The position numbers were made by a program, and so were the translations under genes. 64,000 nt of DNA from an uncultured Clostridium sp. (lineage in GTDB: Bacteria > Bacillota > Clostridia > TANB77 > CAG-508): contig CANBES010000006.1 in the NCBI GenBank assembly GCA_947367845.1, positions 1,603-65,602 of the forward strand, written 5' to 3'. The notes under the pieces were generated by a model that worked only from the letters and a program-made list of their open reading frames with translations, was not told the DNA's origin and made no database searches. Of this stretch, positions 1 to 8,029 are shown in pieces; position 1 is the first letter of the stretch; every line of letters begins with the position of its first letter.

Positions 1-206
1 TTTAGCCTATCTCGATACATTCTATTAAAGTCATTTCTCTTTTTTAATGATGTTCCACTAATTCCTTCATCTGCATATATTTCAATTAGTTTCCAGTCCT
101 TATGTTGGCTTACATATTCTTCAAAATACAACCTTTGATTTTCCAAAGAATTTTTTTGATCTTCATGGTCAGTAGATACACGACAGTATGCAACAACTCG
201 CTTCAT
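1..206 (-). CDS. Large serine recombinase, N-terminal resolvase domain only (continues past the left edge)
   Basis: Minus-strand ATG at 206. Translation MKRVVAYCRVSTDHEDQKNSLENQRLYFEEYVSQHKDWKLIEIYADEGISGTS has the YxRVST catalytic-serine motif of resolvase-type recombinases. The ORF runs off the window. Confidence 0.8.
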   Translation of the reverse strand, partial: MKRVVAYCRVSTDHEDQKNSLENQRLYFEEYVSQHKDWKLIEIYADEGISGTSLKKRNDFNRMYRDRL

Positions 207-218
207 ACTCTCTTATAC

Positions 219-942
219 CTACCTTTCCCTTAATTTTTTCAATTTCTTTGCTATTTTAATTCTTTCAGCCATCTGTTTTTTATATTCTTCATTTTCCCAA
301 AGTGCTTTCATTTTTTCACTTCGTGATTTGTTTGCTTTTCTTCTTTTTTCTTCCTTTTTAGCTGTATCAACTTCTTTCTCTATTCTATTTCTTATATTAG
401 TAGCTTCTTTTTCATTGACTTGATATTTTCCATCAACAAAGTCATAACCATATATTTTTTCTCCAATGTTTCTATTGTTTTTTACTTTTTTCTGTATTTT
501 TTCAAATTCTTTTTTTCCTATTATAGCTCCGTGATAAATTTTCTCTTTTTGCTTTACTTCTCATTTCATTTTCGCTTTGAATCATAAAAACAATTATTTG
601 AATTTGTGTCCTTCCTACTGCATCTGCTGTACTAATTTTTTCGTCCAAGAAAATTACTTCTATTTGTTTTTGATTAAAAAATTTTATAAAAAAGTCTACC
701 TTATAATTAGTTGCTTGACAAAATTGCCTTACATTTTTTATTAAAATAATATCAATATTTTCTTCTAAAGCTTCATTTAATAATTTCTCAAAACTTATAC
801 ATTGTTTATTTTTTGTATAGTCTATAAATTTTTTTACTATTTTCCATTCTCCATAATCTTTAATATACTCTTGTATTTGCTTTTCAAAATCTTTTATACT
901 CTTTTCATTATTATATAATCCATAAGTTACTACTTTTTTCAT
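219..942 (-). pseudogene. Small resolvase-like recombinase homologue, frame interrupted by one extra C that creates an in-frame CGG
   Basis: ORF 502..942 (MKKVVTYGLYNNEKS.., degenerate Ser motif) stops 9 codons after TCA CGG. Skipping the C (fwd G531) reads ..ENLS-GAIIGKKEFEKIQ..GEKIYGYDFVDGKYQVNEKEATNIRNRIEKE.. to TAG at 219-221. The lengths are 411 + 1 + 312 nt. Confidence 0.55.
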
Positions 943-1047
943 CCTTGCTTGTCCTTTCCTACTTTCTGTGCTAAAATAGTAGCAGAAAGTATTTTAATAT
1001 TTTCCGAACTATCTATATTAGTTTCACGGCTATTGGATAGTTCTTTT

Positions 1048-1206
1048 TTATTTTTCAATATCATTATGTATTGCTGTTTTCTTTATAATTGTTGCTTTGT
1101 TATCTTTTGTTTTCCTTAAAAGTACCTCTTTTTGCTCATTTTCTGATAATTGTTCTGGATTACCTACTCTGCAATATGCAAAAACTCTCATTTCTGTTTT
1201 AGGCAT
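1048..1206 (-). CDS. 52-aa ORF resembling a resolvase N-terminus (possible remnant)
   Basis: MPKTEMRVFAYCRVGNPEQLSENEQ.. mimics the RVxxYxRVSTxxQ start of serine recombinases but has G in place of the catalytic S. The ATG overlaps the upstream stop (ATGA). Confidence 0.3.
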   Translation of the reverse strand: MPKTEMRVFAYCRVGNPEQLSENEQKEVLLRKTKDNKATIIKKTAIHNDIEK

Positions 1207-1340
1207 CAAGCTACCCTCCTTTCAAAATCTTTGTCTATCTCTATAATTGCTAATTTCATTTCTTCTTCTGTTAGTATTCCTTGTTCATATAGGTCTTTTA
1301 TAATTCCTATCTCTATGCACTTTTTAGCAATTTCTCGCAT
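1206..1340 (-). CDS. 44-aa helical protein upstream of the recombinase genes
   Basis: MREIAKKCIEIGIIKDLYEQGILTEEEMKLAIIEIDKDFERRVA. Its stop overlaps the next ATG. It is below the ORF-track size cutoff. Confidence 0.35.
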   Translation of the reverse strand: MREIAKKCIEIGIIKDLYEQGILTEEEMKLAIIEIDKDFERRVA

Positions 1341-1458
1341 ACAATTCCTCCAATTTAAAAAGGAAGTTTTGTATTGCCTATAAATAGCATACTCAACTTC
1401 CTAAATCTTTTCCAAGGTACAAAATTTACCTTGCCTATATTTTTATAGATTTGACACA

Positions 1459-2214
1459 TTATTTTCTATCTTTCACATTTTCTGCTTGTTTTTCAACTTC
1501 ATCTGGAGAATATAAATCAATAAGTGTTAAGATATATTTTCCAAATTCCTCGTTTGAAATTTCCAAGTTCCCTGTATGTTTTAGATATTCTCTTGCTACC
1601 ATTCCATAAGATGCAATTTGATTTCTCGTAACAAATTCTGTTTTTTCTTCTATTCCCTCTCTATGTGGCACTTCTTTTTTGATTTTCTCTAAATCTATTC
1701 CTAATGAAATAATAAGAGCTTTATCTACTTTTCTCAATTCTCCAATATCTAAAGCTCCTATATAATATTTTAATCTTGATTTGTCTATTGCTCTGATTTG
1801 TTCTGTCAAAACAAGTGAATTTTGTTTTAGTCTATCTTTATACCCTTTTATATACACATGAGTTGGTATAATCGATTTTGAATTTACTTTACTTGTTATT
1901 GGTGCAATTATAACAGTTGGACTATGCTCATTTCCTATATTGTTTTGCAATATTACTACTGGTCTTACTCCTGTTTGTTCACTTCCTACATAAGTTTCGT
2001 CTAAAGCTGCATAATATAAATCTCCTCTTTTAATTTCCATTTTATTTCTATTCTCCTTTTTTTCTTTATAATTTTTCAAATATTCCATTTGTTCTTGATC
2101 TTCCATTATTTTTTCTTCTTCTGTTTTACTCATACTCGCATATAGAATCATTAAATATGTAAATATTGTGATAAGTATAAGTAGTATTAAAAATATAATT
2201 AGTAAAATATTCAT
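1459..2214 (-). CDS. PemK/MazF-family endoribonuclease toxin domain with an N-terminal TM extension and a ~75-aa C-terminal extension
   Basis: Core RGDLYYAALDETYVGSEQTGVRPVVILQNNIGNEHSPTVIIAPITSKV..LVLTEQIRAIDKSRL matches the MazF/PemK pattern. An internal ATG at 2040 has a good SD (AAGGAGA). The upstream in-frame 58 aa contain a hydrophobic helix, MNILLIIFLILLILITIFTYLMILY. Confidence 0.65.
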   Translation of the reverse strand: MNILLIIFLILLILITIFTYLMILYASMSKTEEEKIMEDQEQMEYLKNYKEKKENRNKMEIKRGDLYYAALDETYVGSEQTGVRPVVILQNNIGNEHSPTVIIAPITSKVNSKSIIPTHVYIKGYKDRLKQNSLVLTEQIRAIDKSRLKYYIGALDIGELRKVDKALIISLGIDLEKIKKEVPHREGIEEKTEFVTRNQIASYGMVAREYLKHTGNLEISNEEFGKYILTLIDLYSPDEVEKQAENVKDRK

Positions 2215-2560
2215 TGTTTTATTTCTCCTTTTTTATTCAAAAAGGCTACCTTATAGATTAGATAGCCTTTTACAATTACTTTCTATCTTCTCCTAAAATT
2301 CATTAAACGGCAATTAGCTAAATTGCTCCACAGGACTTCCACCTACCTGCTTTCAACAGATTTGTTCTCAATGCGTGGGACGGTTTTATCTCGCTCGTGC
2401 TATGACTAAACAAGTGTATCATTATACCTACTACTTGTCCTCGCCTTATAAGTGGCTATCTTATATTTAAGTAAAGTGATTTGTGAGATTACTTTTTAAC
2501 TAGCTCGAATAGTAGGAATGTATTTAATGAATTGCTATTTAATTTTCAAAGTTCATGTGG

Positions 2561-2601
2561 AATAAAAATTCCTCTCATTTCTCCTGTGAAAAAATGAGAG
2601 G
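2561..2601 (-). terminator. Rho-independent terminator after the sigma-like gene
   Basis: Minus strand reads CCTCTCATT-loop-AATGAGAGG followed by AATTTTTATT. Confidence 0.55.
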
Positions 2602-2618
2602 TTTGTAGGATTAAATTT

Positions 2619-3128
2619 TTAAATTTTTATAAATTTTTTTAATTTTTCTAAAATTCTATCTCTTTTATCTTGAATTGTAGTGTAATGTTTGCCTACTATT
2701 GCAGCATATTCTCGCAATGTTTTATTTTCAAAAAATAATGCCTTTATTAGTTTATATTCTTCTTCAGTTAGTTGTAATAAAGCTATTCTTAATTTTTCTA
2801 TTTCAATTTTTCTTTCAAAAGTAGCTTCTATATTATCTATTGGATTTGAAATTATATTTTTTAATGCTACTCCATTTTCAGATTCATGATCATAAGAAAT
2901 TAAATTCATTTTTCTTGCAACTCGATCTAAATATTTTTGTCTTTGTTCTTCATACTCTATAATTTCATAATCTTTTTTTGATACTTCTAGTAAAATATCA
3001 TCTAACTTAATAAATTTCTTTTTCTTATATGTACTGTATTTTTTTCGTTTCTCTTTTAGTTCTTTATATGTAATTTCTTCATAAATTCCTTTTTTTAATT
3101 TTATAAAACATTTTGCATTATCTTGCAT
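2619..3128 (-). CDS. Sigma-70 region-4-like / HTH regulator
   Basis: The C-terminus LTEEEYKLIKALFFENKTLREYAAIVGKHYTTIQDKRDRILEKLKKF looks like a sigma r4 HTH. The likely start is ATG 3128 (SD GGAGG 8 nt upstream) rather than the TTG at 3143. Confidence 0.5.
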   Translation of the reverse strand: MQDNAKCFIKLKKGIYEEITYKELKEKRKKYSTYKKKKFIKLDDILLEVSKKDYEIIEYEEQRQKYLDRVARKMNLISYDHESENGVALKNIISNPIDNIEATFERKIEIEKLRIALLQLTEEEYKLIKALFFENKTLREYAAIVGKHYTTIQDKRDRILEKLKKFIKI

Positions 3129-3139
3129 TTCTCTTTCCT

Positions 3140-3169
3140 CCAATCAATTCGTTTTTGTGAATTGATTGG
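3140..3169. promoter_or_regulatory. Perfect 11-bp inverted repeat abutting the SD of the sigma-like gene
   Basis: CCAATCAATTC-gtttttgt-GAATTGATTGG. It could be an operator or a 5' UTR hairpin. Confidence 0.35.
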
Positions 3170-3611
3170 TAGGTGGGCTACGGCAATGTTTTTCTTTTAG
3201 AGCATAAAAAAAATCAAATATACAACGCATAATTGCACATTTGATTTGAAATAGGCACAAATATCTAATATTTACATTTTTTAATGTAAATACTTGTGAA
3301 ATTACTTTTACATTTTTACTTGTACCCCTCCCCATATAAAAAACTCCTTTATAGAATAGTGCCTAAACAAAATTCTTAAAGGAGTTTTGAATAATTAAAA
3401 AATAAATCAATACTATAATCAAAGTCTAAAATATGTACTTGTAATTATCTTGTGTTTTCTCTATATCTTTTGAATCGCCTCCCTTTTAAGACTTTGATTA
3501 AGTTGCTTGCATTATATAGAATTTTACTTTTCTAATGTCAAAAAAGGGGGAATATGGCGAAAAAGGGCGAAAAAAGGCTAAATTTTCTTTTACTATTTTT
3601 TCCATTTTGTA

Positions 3612-3640
3612 TTGTGTTTACATAATTTTTATGGTATAAT
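3612..3640 (+). promoter_or_regulatory. Sigma-A-type promoter for the Spo0A-like gene
   Basis: TTGTGT, 17 nt, TGg-TATAAT (extended -10), about 45 nt upstream of ATG 3684. Confidence 0.4.
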
Positions 3641-3683
3641 GTTATCGAATTTATAATATAGACATTTGTAGGAGGGTTTCCAG

Positions 3684-4403
3684 ATGCAGAAAGTCCTTAT
3701 TGCTAATCCTAATGTTGAGCAAAGAATAAGGCTTTGTCAACAGCTTGCAAATGATAAAAGGTTAGAAGTAATAGAAACAGCTGATGGAAAAACTGCTTTA
3801 GAAAAATATCTTGATATTAAACCTAATGTATTAGTTTTAGATTCTTGCCTAAAAGATATAAATTGTATTGAAATAATTGATAGATTATCTACAAATATTG
3901 CAGATAAGAAAAATAACAACATTATATTAACAGCTCAAAAAGAAGAAAATTTGAACTTGTCTAATGCTGCTAGAATATACAAGGTAATCTATGATGATGA
4001 AAATTTTAATGACTTTTATAGTACAATTAACGAAATGTATCTTTTTGGAGAATATGAAGAATTAACTAACGAGGAACTCGATTTATTATTTTTGACATTA
4101 AAAATTCCTTTAAATTCAAATGGAACTAATTACATAAGAGAAGCTATTTTTGAATGCTACTACTACCCTGACTTACAGAAAAAATTGAAAGATATTTTTA
4201 CTATAATTGGACAAAGACACAACAAGCCTAATTCGGCAATACGATCAAGTTTTAGAACTGCATTAGAACGATTAAATATGTATAGAGATACTATCAACTG
4301 CCCTATTATGCAATATTTTGATATTGAAGAAAATATAACCCCAAAAGATTTTTTAGAAATTGCAGTAATGTATTTACATCTACAAAAAGGAAAGAAGAAA
4401 TAA
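3684..4403 (+). CDS. Spo0A-like orphan regulator (atypical receiver plus Spo0A_C-like DNA-binding domain)
   Basis: The N-terminal receiver fold has D in VLVLDS, but the acidic pocket is replaced (LIANPNVEQ). The C-terminus LKIPLNSNGTNYIREAIFECYYYPDLQKKLKDIFTIIGQRHNKPNSAIRSSFRTALERL parallels the Spo0A effector domain. Confidence 0.65.
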   Translation: MQKVLIANPNVEQRIRLCQQLANDKRLEVIETADGKTALEKYLDIKPNVLVLDSCLKDINCIEIIDRLSTNIADKKNNNIILTAQKEENLNLSNAARIYKVIYDDENFNDFYSTINEMYLFGEYEELTNEELDLLFLTLKIPLNSNGTNYIREAIFECYYYPDLQKKLKDIFTIIGQRHNKPNSAIRSSFRTALERLNMYRDTINCPIMQYFDIEENITPKDFLEIAVMYLHLQKGKKK

Positions 4404-4436
4404 GTTTTGTAAAAAACCTATTCCTTCTTTTTTAGT

Positions 4437-5627
4437 TTATGCGTTTTCTTTTAATTCTTTATACCCTTGCATTATATTGTCTATTTCCATATTGTTTATT
4501 GGCTCTGATACAAATGTATTCAAATTTCTTCCCATTAGATTATATGCTGTTTTCATATATTCATCACTAACATTATCACTTGTAATTATATTGAATATTG
4601 GCACATTATCTTTTAAACTTTCTTTTGATTTCCTCATTATTTCCATACTGTCCATATTGTCTAAATTCATTTTTGCAAAAACCATTTCTGGCTTTGATTC
4701 TATAATTTTATTATATGTTTCTTTTCCGTCTGTTGCTGTGTCTACTAATTCAACATAGTCTAAGCCTTTTATTGTATCTGCTATTTTATTTCTTATTTCC
4801 TCGTTATTATGAGCAATTAGAATTTTTATCTTTTTCATTCTATTCTCCTCTAATTCATACATAAATTCTACTGGATTTTGGTATAGTGCATTTCCTTTTT
4901 TCACATCTACACCATGTTCCGTTTTTATTATATCTCCATTCGCTATTAGCAAAGTATATTTATCTTCCATGTCCTTTTCTTGTCTAAAGTCTGTTTCTCC
5001 TATATTTCCAAAATTTCTAAATACATTTTTAGTTTTCTCAAATTCTGCATCTGTTATTGCAAATTCGTCTTTATTTTTCTCTGCTGTTTCTCGAAGTGGC
5101 ATAAATTTAAAGAATTTCCATTTGCTAATATTATAATTGTTTAGGAATTCTCCTAGCTGCTCCATCTCATTTATGTTTTTCTTGCTAACTACTGTATTTA
5201 TATTGACTTTTAAACTTTTTCCTTTAACATAGTCTAATATAGTTTTAACTTCTTCAAAATGATTTTTGCCTCTTCCTAATTCTTCATTAGTATCATCATT
5301 TATCGTATCTAATGACAATGTCAAAGAATCTAAATAATCTAAAATCTCTCTCATATTTTCATTTTGTGCTAATACCATTCCATTTGTTATTAGCTTGTTT
5401 TTTATACCATTTTCTTGTGATATTTTCAATAGTTCTTTTAAATTTGGATATAGTAGTGCTTCTCCCCCTGTCCAAGTAATGTTGTTTACCCCATCTTTAA
5501 TCAAATTATTTAATATCTCTTTATTTTCTTCATAAGTAAGATCGTTAATACCTAAAAATCTGTGGCAATATTTACAATTTTGATTACATTTTGTTGTAAT
5601 ATTCCAACAAACTCTCTTTTTTTGCAT
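4437..5627 (-). CDS. Viperin-like radical SAM enzyme fused to a C-terminal degenerate receiver domain
   Basis: CNQNCKYC (CX3CX2C) lies near the N-terminus. GGEALLY, LGRGKNHFEEV, KVNINTVVSKKNINE, SKWKFFKFMP and MEDKYTLLIANGDII parallel viperin motifs (GRG..KNH, KINSVINRFN, RWKVFQ, MKDSYLILDEYM). The C-terminal ~120 aa have a REC fold in which DD, D and K are replaced (IAHNNEE, FAKMNLDNMD, VSEP). Start ATG 5627. Confidence 0.7.
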   Translation of the reverse strand: MQKKRVCWNITTKCNQNCKYCHRFLGINDLTYEENKEILNNLIKDGVNNITWTGGEALLYPNLKELLKISQENGIKNKLITNGMVLAQNENMREILDYLDSLTLSLDTINDDTNEELGRGKNHFEEVKTILDYVKGKSLKVNINTVVSKKNINEMEQLGEFLNNYNISKWKFFKFMPLRETAEKNKDEFAITDAEFEKTKNVFRNFGNIGETDFRQEKDMEDKYTLLIANGDIIKTEHGVDVKKGNALYQNPVEFMYELEENRMKKIKILIAHNNEEIRNKIADTIKGLDYVELVDTATDGKETYNKIIESKPEMVFAKMNLDNMDSMEIMRKSKESLKDNVPIFNIITSDNVSDEYMKTAYNLMGRNLNTFVSEPINNMEIDNIMQGYKELKENA

Positions 5628-5731
5628 TTTTAACATCTCTCTTTCTTTGAAATTGATACACAATTATTATATCTTGTAAGAATTTTCCTGTCTATTCTCA
5701 AATATTTAATCAGTATTAAATATTTTTTAAT

Positions 5732-5766
5732 ACAAAAAAAGAATACCCTTTGTTTTAAGGATATTC
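5732..5766 (-). terminator. Rho-independent terminator after lysR
   Basis: Minus strand reads GAATATCCTT-aaaaca-AAGGGTATTC followed by TTTTTTTGT. Confidence 0.55.
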
Positions 5767-5790
5767 TGCCTATTTGCTTATATTCATTTA

Positions 5791-6669
5791 TTACTTATTT
5801 TTTAAGTATTTTTTTATAAATTTCTTATCTACTTGTGTTAGCATATCTTTTATATACACTAAATTTATACTCAATTCTGGCAATTCTATTGGCAATTCAA
5901 CTTCGTATAATTCTCCATTCTCTAATTGTTTCTTGACAGCTTCTTTCATTACATAAGCTATTCCTAGTCCATTCATTACTGCTTCTACTCTTATTTCTGT
6001 TGTATCACATTTCATATTAGGTTTAATTTTTACTTTGTGTTCTTTTAGAATCTTGAATAGATTTTTAGTAGAAATTGTATTGTCAAAATTTAATATATAT
6101 CGTAAATCTTCTAATTCTTTTACATTTTCAATTTTCAATGGCTCTTTTGCAACAAATATATTGTTTACTTTTTTTAATTCTTCAATTACAAACTCATCTG
6201 TTTCTGTTGGTATAACATCTGTTATTACAAAACCAAGTTTGTGATTTTTTAACATCTCAAACATTTCACTTGGATTTGCACCACAAGTTAACTCAATATT
6301 TAAGTTTGGAAAATCATTTTTGGCTTTTTTGATATATTCCATTAAGTAATAATTAGTCAAGTGAGATTGACACCCTAAATTTATAGTACCATTAGCTAAA
6401 TCATTTTTTTCTTTTATTACTTTTTCGGCAAAATCAAAGGAAGAAATACTTTTATTAACCATTTCAAATAATTCTTTTCCCTTTTCTGTTAGCTTTACTC
6501 CATTTTTTTCTCTATAAAATAGTTTCACATCTAATTGATTTTCTAAATTGCTTATCTGTGTACTAATATTAGCTGGAGTCTGATCTAATTTATTTCCTGC
6601 ATCTGCATAGCTTTTAGAACTTGCAACTACACAAAATATCTTATACAAATTATAATTTACATTAGACAT
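5791..6669 (-). CDS. LysR-family transcriptional regulator
   Basis: N-terminal wHTH YKIFCVVASSKSYADAGNKLDQTPANISTQISNLENQLDVKLFYR plus a substrate-binding-type C-terminus. Start ATG 6669 with SD GAGAGGTG. Confidence 0.85.
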   Translation of the reverse strand: MSNVNYNLYKIFCVVASSKSYADAGNKLDQTPANISTQISNLENQLDVKLFYREKNGVKLTEKGKELFEMVNKSISSFDFAEKVIKEKNDLANGTINLGCQSHLTNYYLMEYIKKAKNDFPNLNIELTCGANPSEMFEMLKNHKLGFVITDVIPTETDEFVIEELKKVNNIFVAKEPLKIENVKELEDLRYILNFDNTISTKNLFKILKEHKVKIKPNMKCDTTEIRVEAVMNGLGIAYVMKEAVKKQLENGELYEVELPIELPELSINLVYIKDMLTQVDKKFIKKYLKNK

Positions 6670-6756
6670 AGTAGCACCTCTCAATCGCTATTATTATATC
6701 ATATTATGTAAATAAAGTAAAGAGTTTTGCCCTATTTCTAGGCAAAACTCCATGTA

Positions 6757-7836
6757 TTATTCGTTATTTTGTTTTGAATATAATAAATTTGCTTTTCTAA
6801 TATCAAACTTTGTTCCGATTTTTAGGTTAAGTGTTTTTACAAATTCTATTAGCTGCTCTATATTTTGTTCTGCATTTTCTACTTTCTTTGCTTCTAGCTC
6901 TATAAATATTCCTAAATCTTTAACATCTTGAATATATGCTATAAACTCATCATTTTCGTACATATAGTTTTTATCAATCATATTTAAAAATCTTGTATAA
7001 CCTAATATATTCAAATGTTTTTCTGCTTCTTCTATGCTCATAACTTTTAATACAGACTTTTCTGTACTTATCTCAAATCCATTGCTGTTATGATTTCTTC
7101 TTTTACAAACTATCTTTTTGTCATCTTCATTAACATATCTAATAATTAGTGTGTCTGTAATTCTTCCATTTTTAGGTGCAAATTCATTAGTTTTATCATT
7201 TTTCATATATATATCATCTAATGTAAATTCTTCTATGTATTTGAATCCTTTATCTTCTAAAACTTTAACAATAGTTGATATTTCTTCAAAGACTTCACAA
7301 GTTATTTCTACATCTTTTATAAACTTTGTTTCTCTTACTGCATCTCCAACATATTCTTTTAATTTTTGTTCTAGTAACTCAAAATCACATGAAATGCTAA
7401 TAAAAAATGGGATTTTTATATGTACTACATTTTTGTATATTTTCTTTGCTTTTGAATATATCACATTTTTATTATCATTTATAAAATTGCTTTCTGCTTG
7501 TAAGAGATCTCTATACTTGTCCCCTCTACTATTAAAATCTAATAATTTTATTGCTGTTTCTGGAACTGGTAGCATTTCAGAGAATCTTATAATAGATACA
7601 TTTTTTCCTTTTCTATCTTCTACTCTTATAAAACTAGGATTATCTTTGTACTTATCATAACCTACTTTGTATGAATATAAAGGTGCAAAATATAAATAAT
7701 TTTCTACCCTTAATACAATTCCTACATAAGGTCTTTTTTGCTCTTTATTCCAACTAACATGACTATCAAATTTGCTCAAATAGTCTATGTAATCTTCATT
7801 TACTGTATAAAATTTTAGTGTTTCATTTTCTCCCAT
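6757..7836 (-). CDS. ToxN/AbiQ-family type III toxin fused to a C-terminal CYTH (CyaB-like) domain
   Basis: N-terminus LKFYTVNEDYIDYLSKFDSHVSWNKEQKRPYVGIVLRVENYLYFAPLYSYK..IIRFSEMLPVP fits the ToxN/AbiQ pattern. C-terminus DVEITCEV..DDIYMKN..LIIRYV..IVCKRR..EISTEK..IDKNYMYENDEFIAYIQDVKDLGIFIELEA follows the CYTH strand pattern. The true start is ATG 7836 (SD AAGGAG). The ORF-track N-terminal extension reads into the RNA repeats. Confidence 0.75.
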   Translation of the reverse strand: MGENETLKFYTVNEDYIDYLSKFDSHVSWNKEQKRPYVGIVLRVENYLYFAPLYSYKVGYDKYKDNPSFIRVEDRKGKNVSIIRFSEMLPVPETAIKLLDFNSRGDKYRDLLQAESNFINDNKNVIYSKAKKIYKNVVHIKIPFFISISCDFELLEQKLKEYVGDAVRETKFIKDVEITCEVFEEISTIVKVLEDKGFKYIEEFTLDDIYMKNDKTNEFAPKNGRITDTLIIRYVNEDDKKIVCKRRNHNSNGFEISTEKSVLKVMSIEEAEKHLNILGYTRFLNMIDKNYMYENDEFIAYIQDVKDLGIFIELEAKKVENAEQNIEQLIEFVKTLNLKIGTKFDIRKANLLYSKQNNE

Positions 7837-7848
7837 TTTTGCTCCTTT

Positions 7849-7881
7849 ACAAACAAAACAGGATATATTACTATACCCTGT
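7849..7881 (-). terminator. Hairpin plus U-run between the RNA repeats and the toxin start
   Basis: Minus strand reads ACAGGGTATA-gtaa-TATATCCTGT followed by TTTGTTTGT. It sits where the toxI-toxN attenuating terminator sits. Confidence 0.5.
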
Positions 7882-7890
7882 TTGTATTTT

Positions 7891-8000
7891 AAATCTCCCT
7901 ACTTGAGGCAAGGGTTTTCCTAATGTATAACTCCCTACTTAAGGCAAGGGTTTTCCTAATGTAAATCTCCCCACTTTCGGCAGGGGTTTTTCCGATTAGT
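7891..8000 (-). ncRNA. ToxI-like antitoxin RNA: three tandem ~36-nt repeats
   Basis: Fwd units are 7891-7926 aaatctccctacttgaggcaagggttttcctaatgt, 7927-7962 ataactccctacttaaggcaagggttttcctaatgt, and 7963-8000 (38 nt, diverged). They are contiguous with no spacers and lie directly upstream of the toxN-like gene. Confidence 0.7.
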
Positions 8001-8029
8001 AATCATACGATTACTCTTTTAGTATATTC

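Noticed and set aside
3144-3335. 63-aa minus-strand ORF upstream of the sigma-like gene
   Set aside because: It has no SD and overlaps the 11-bp palindrome and the divergent promoter region. Its composition looks non-coding.
3538-3590. Short direct repeat GGCGAAAAAGGGCGAAAAAAGGC in the divergent promoter region
   Set aside because: There are only two to three short, imperfect copies, which is too little to call a binding array.
7891-8000. Could the 36-nt repeats be a small CRISPR array?
   Set aside because: The units are contiguous with no spacers and there are no cas genes. They sit in the promoter-repeats-terminator-toxN layout of a type III TA locus.
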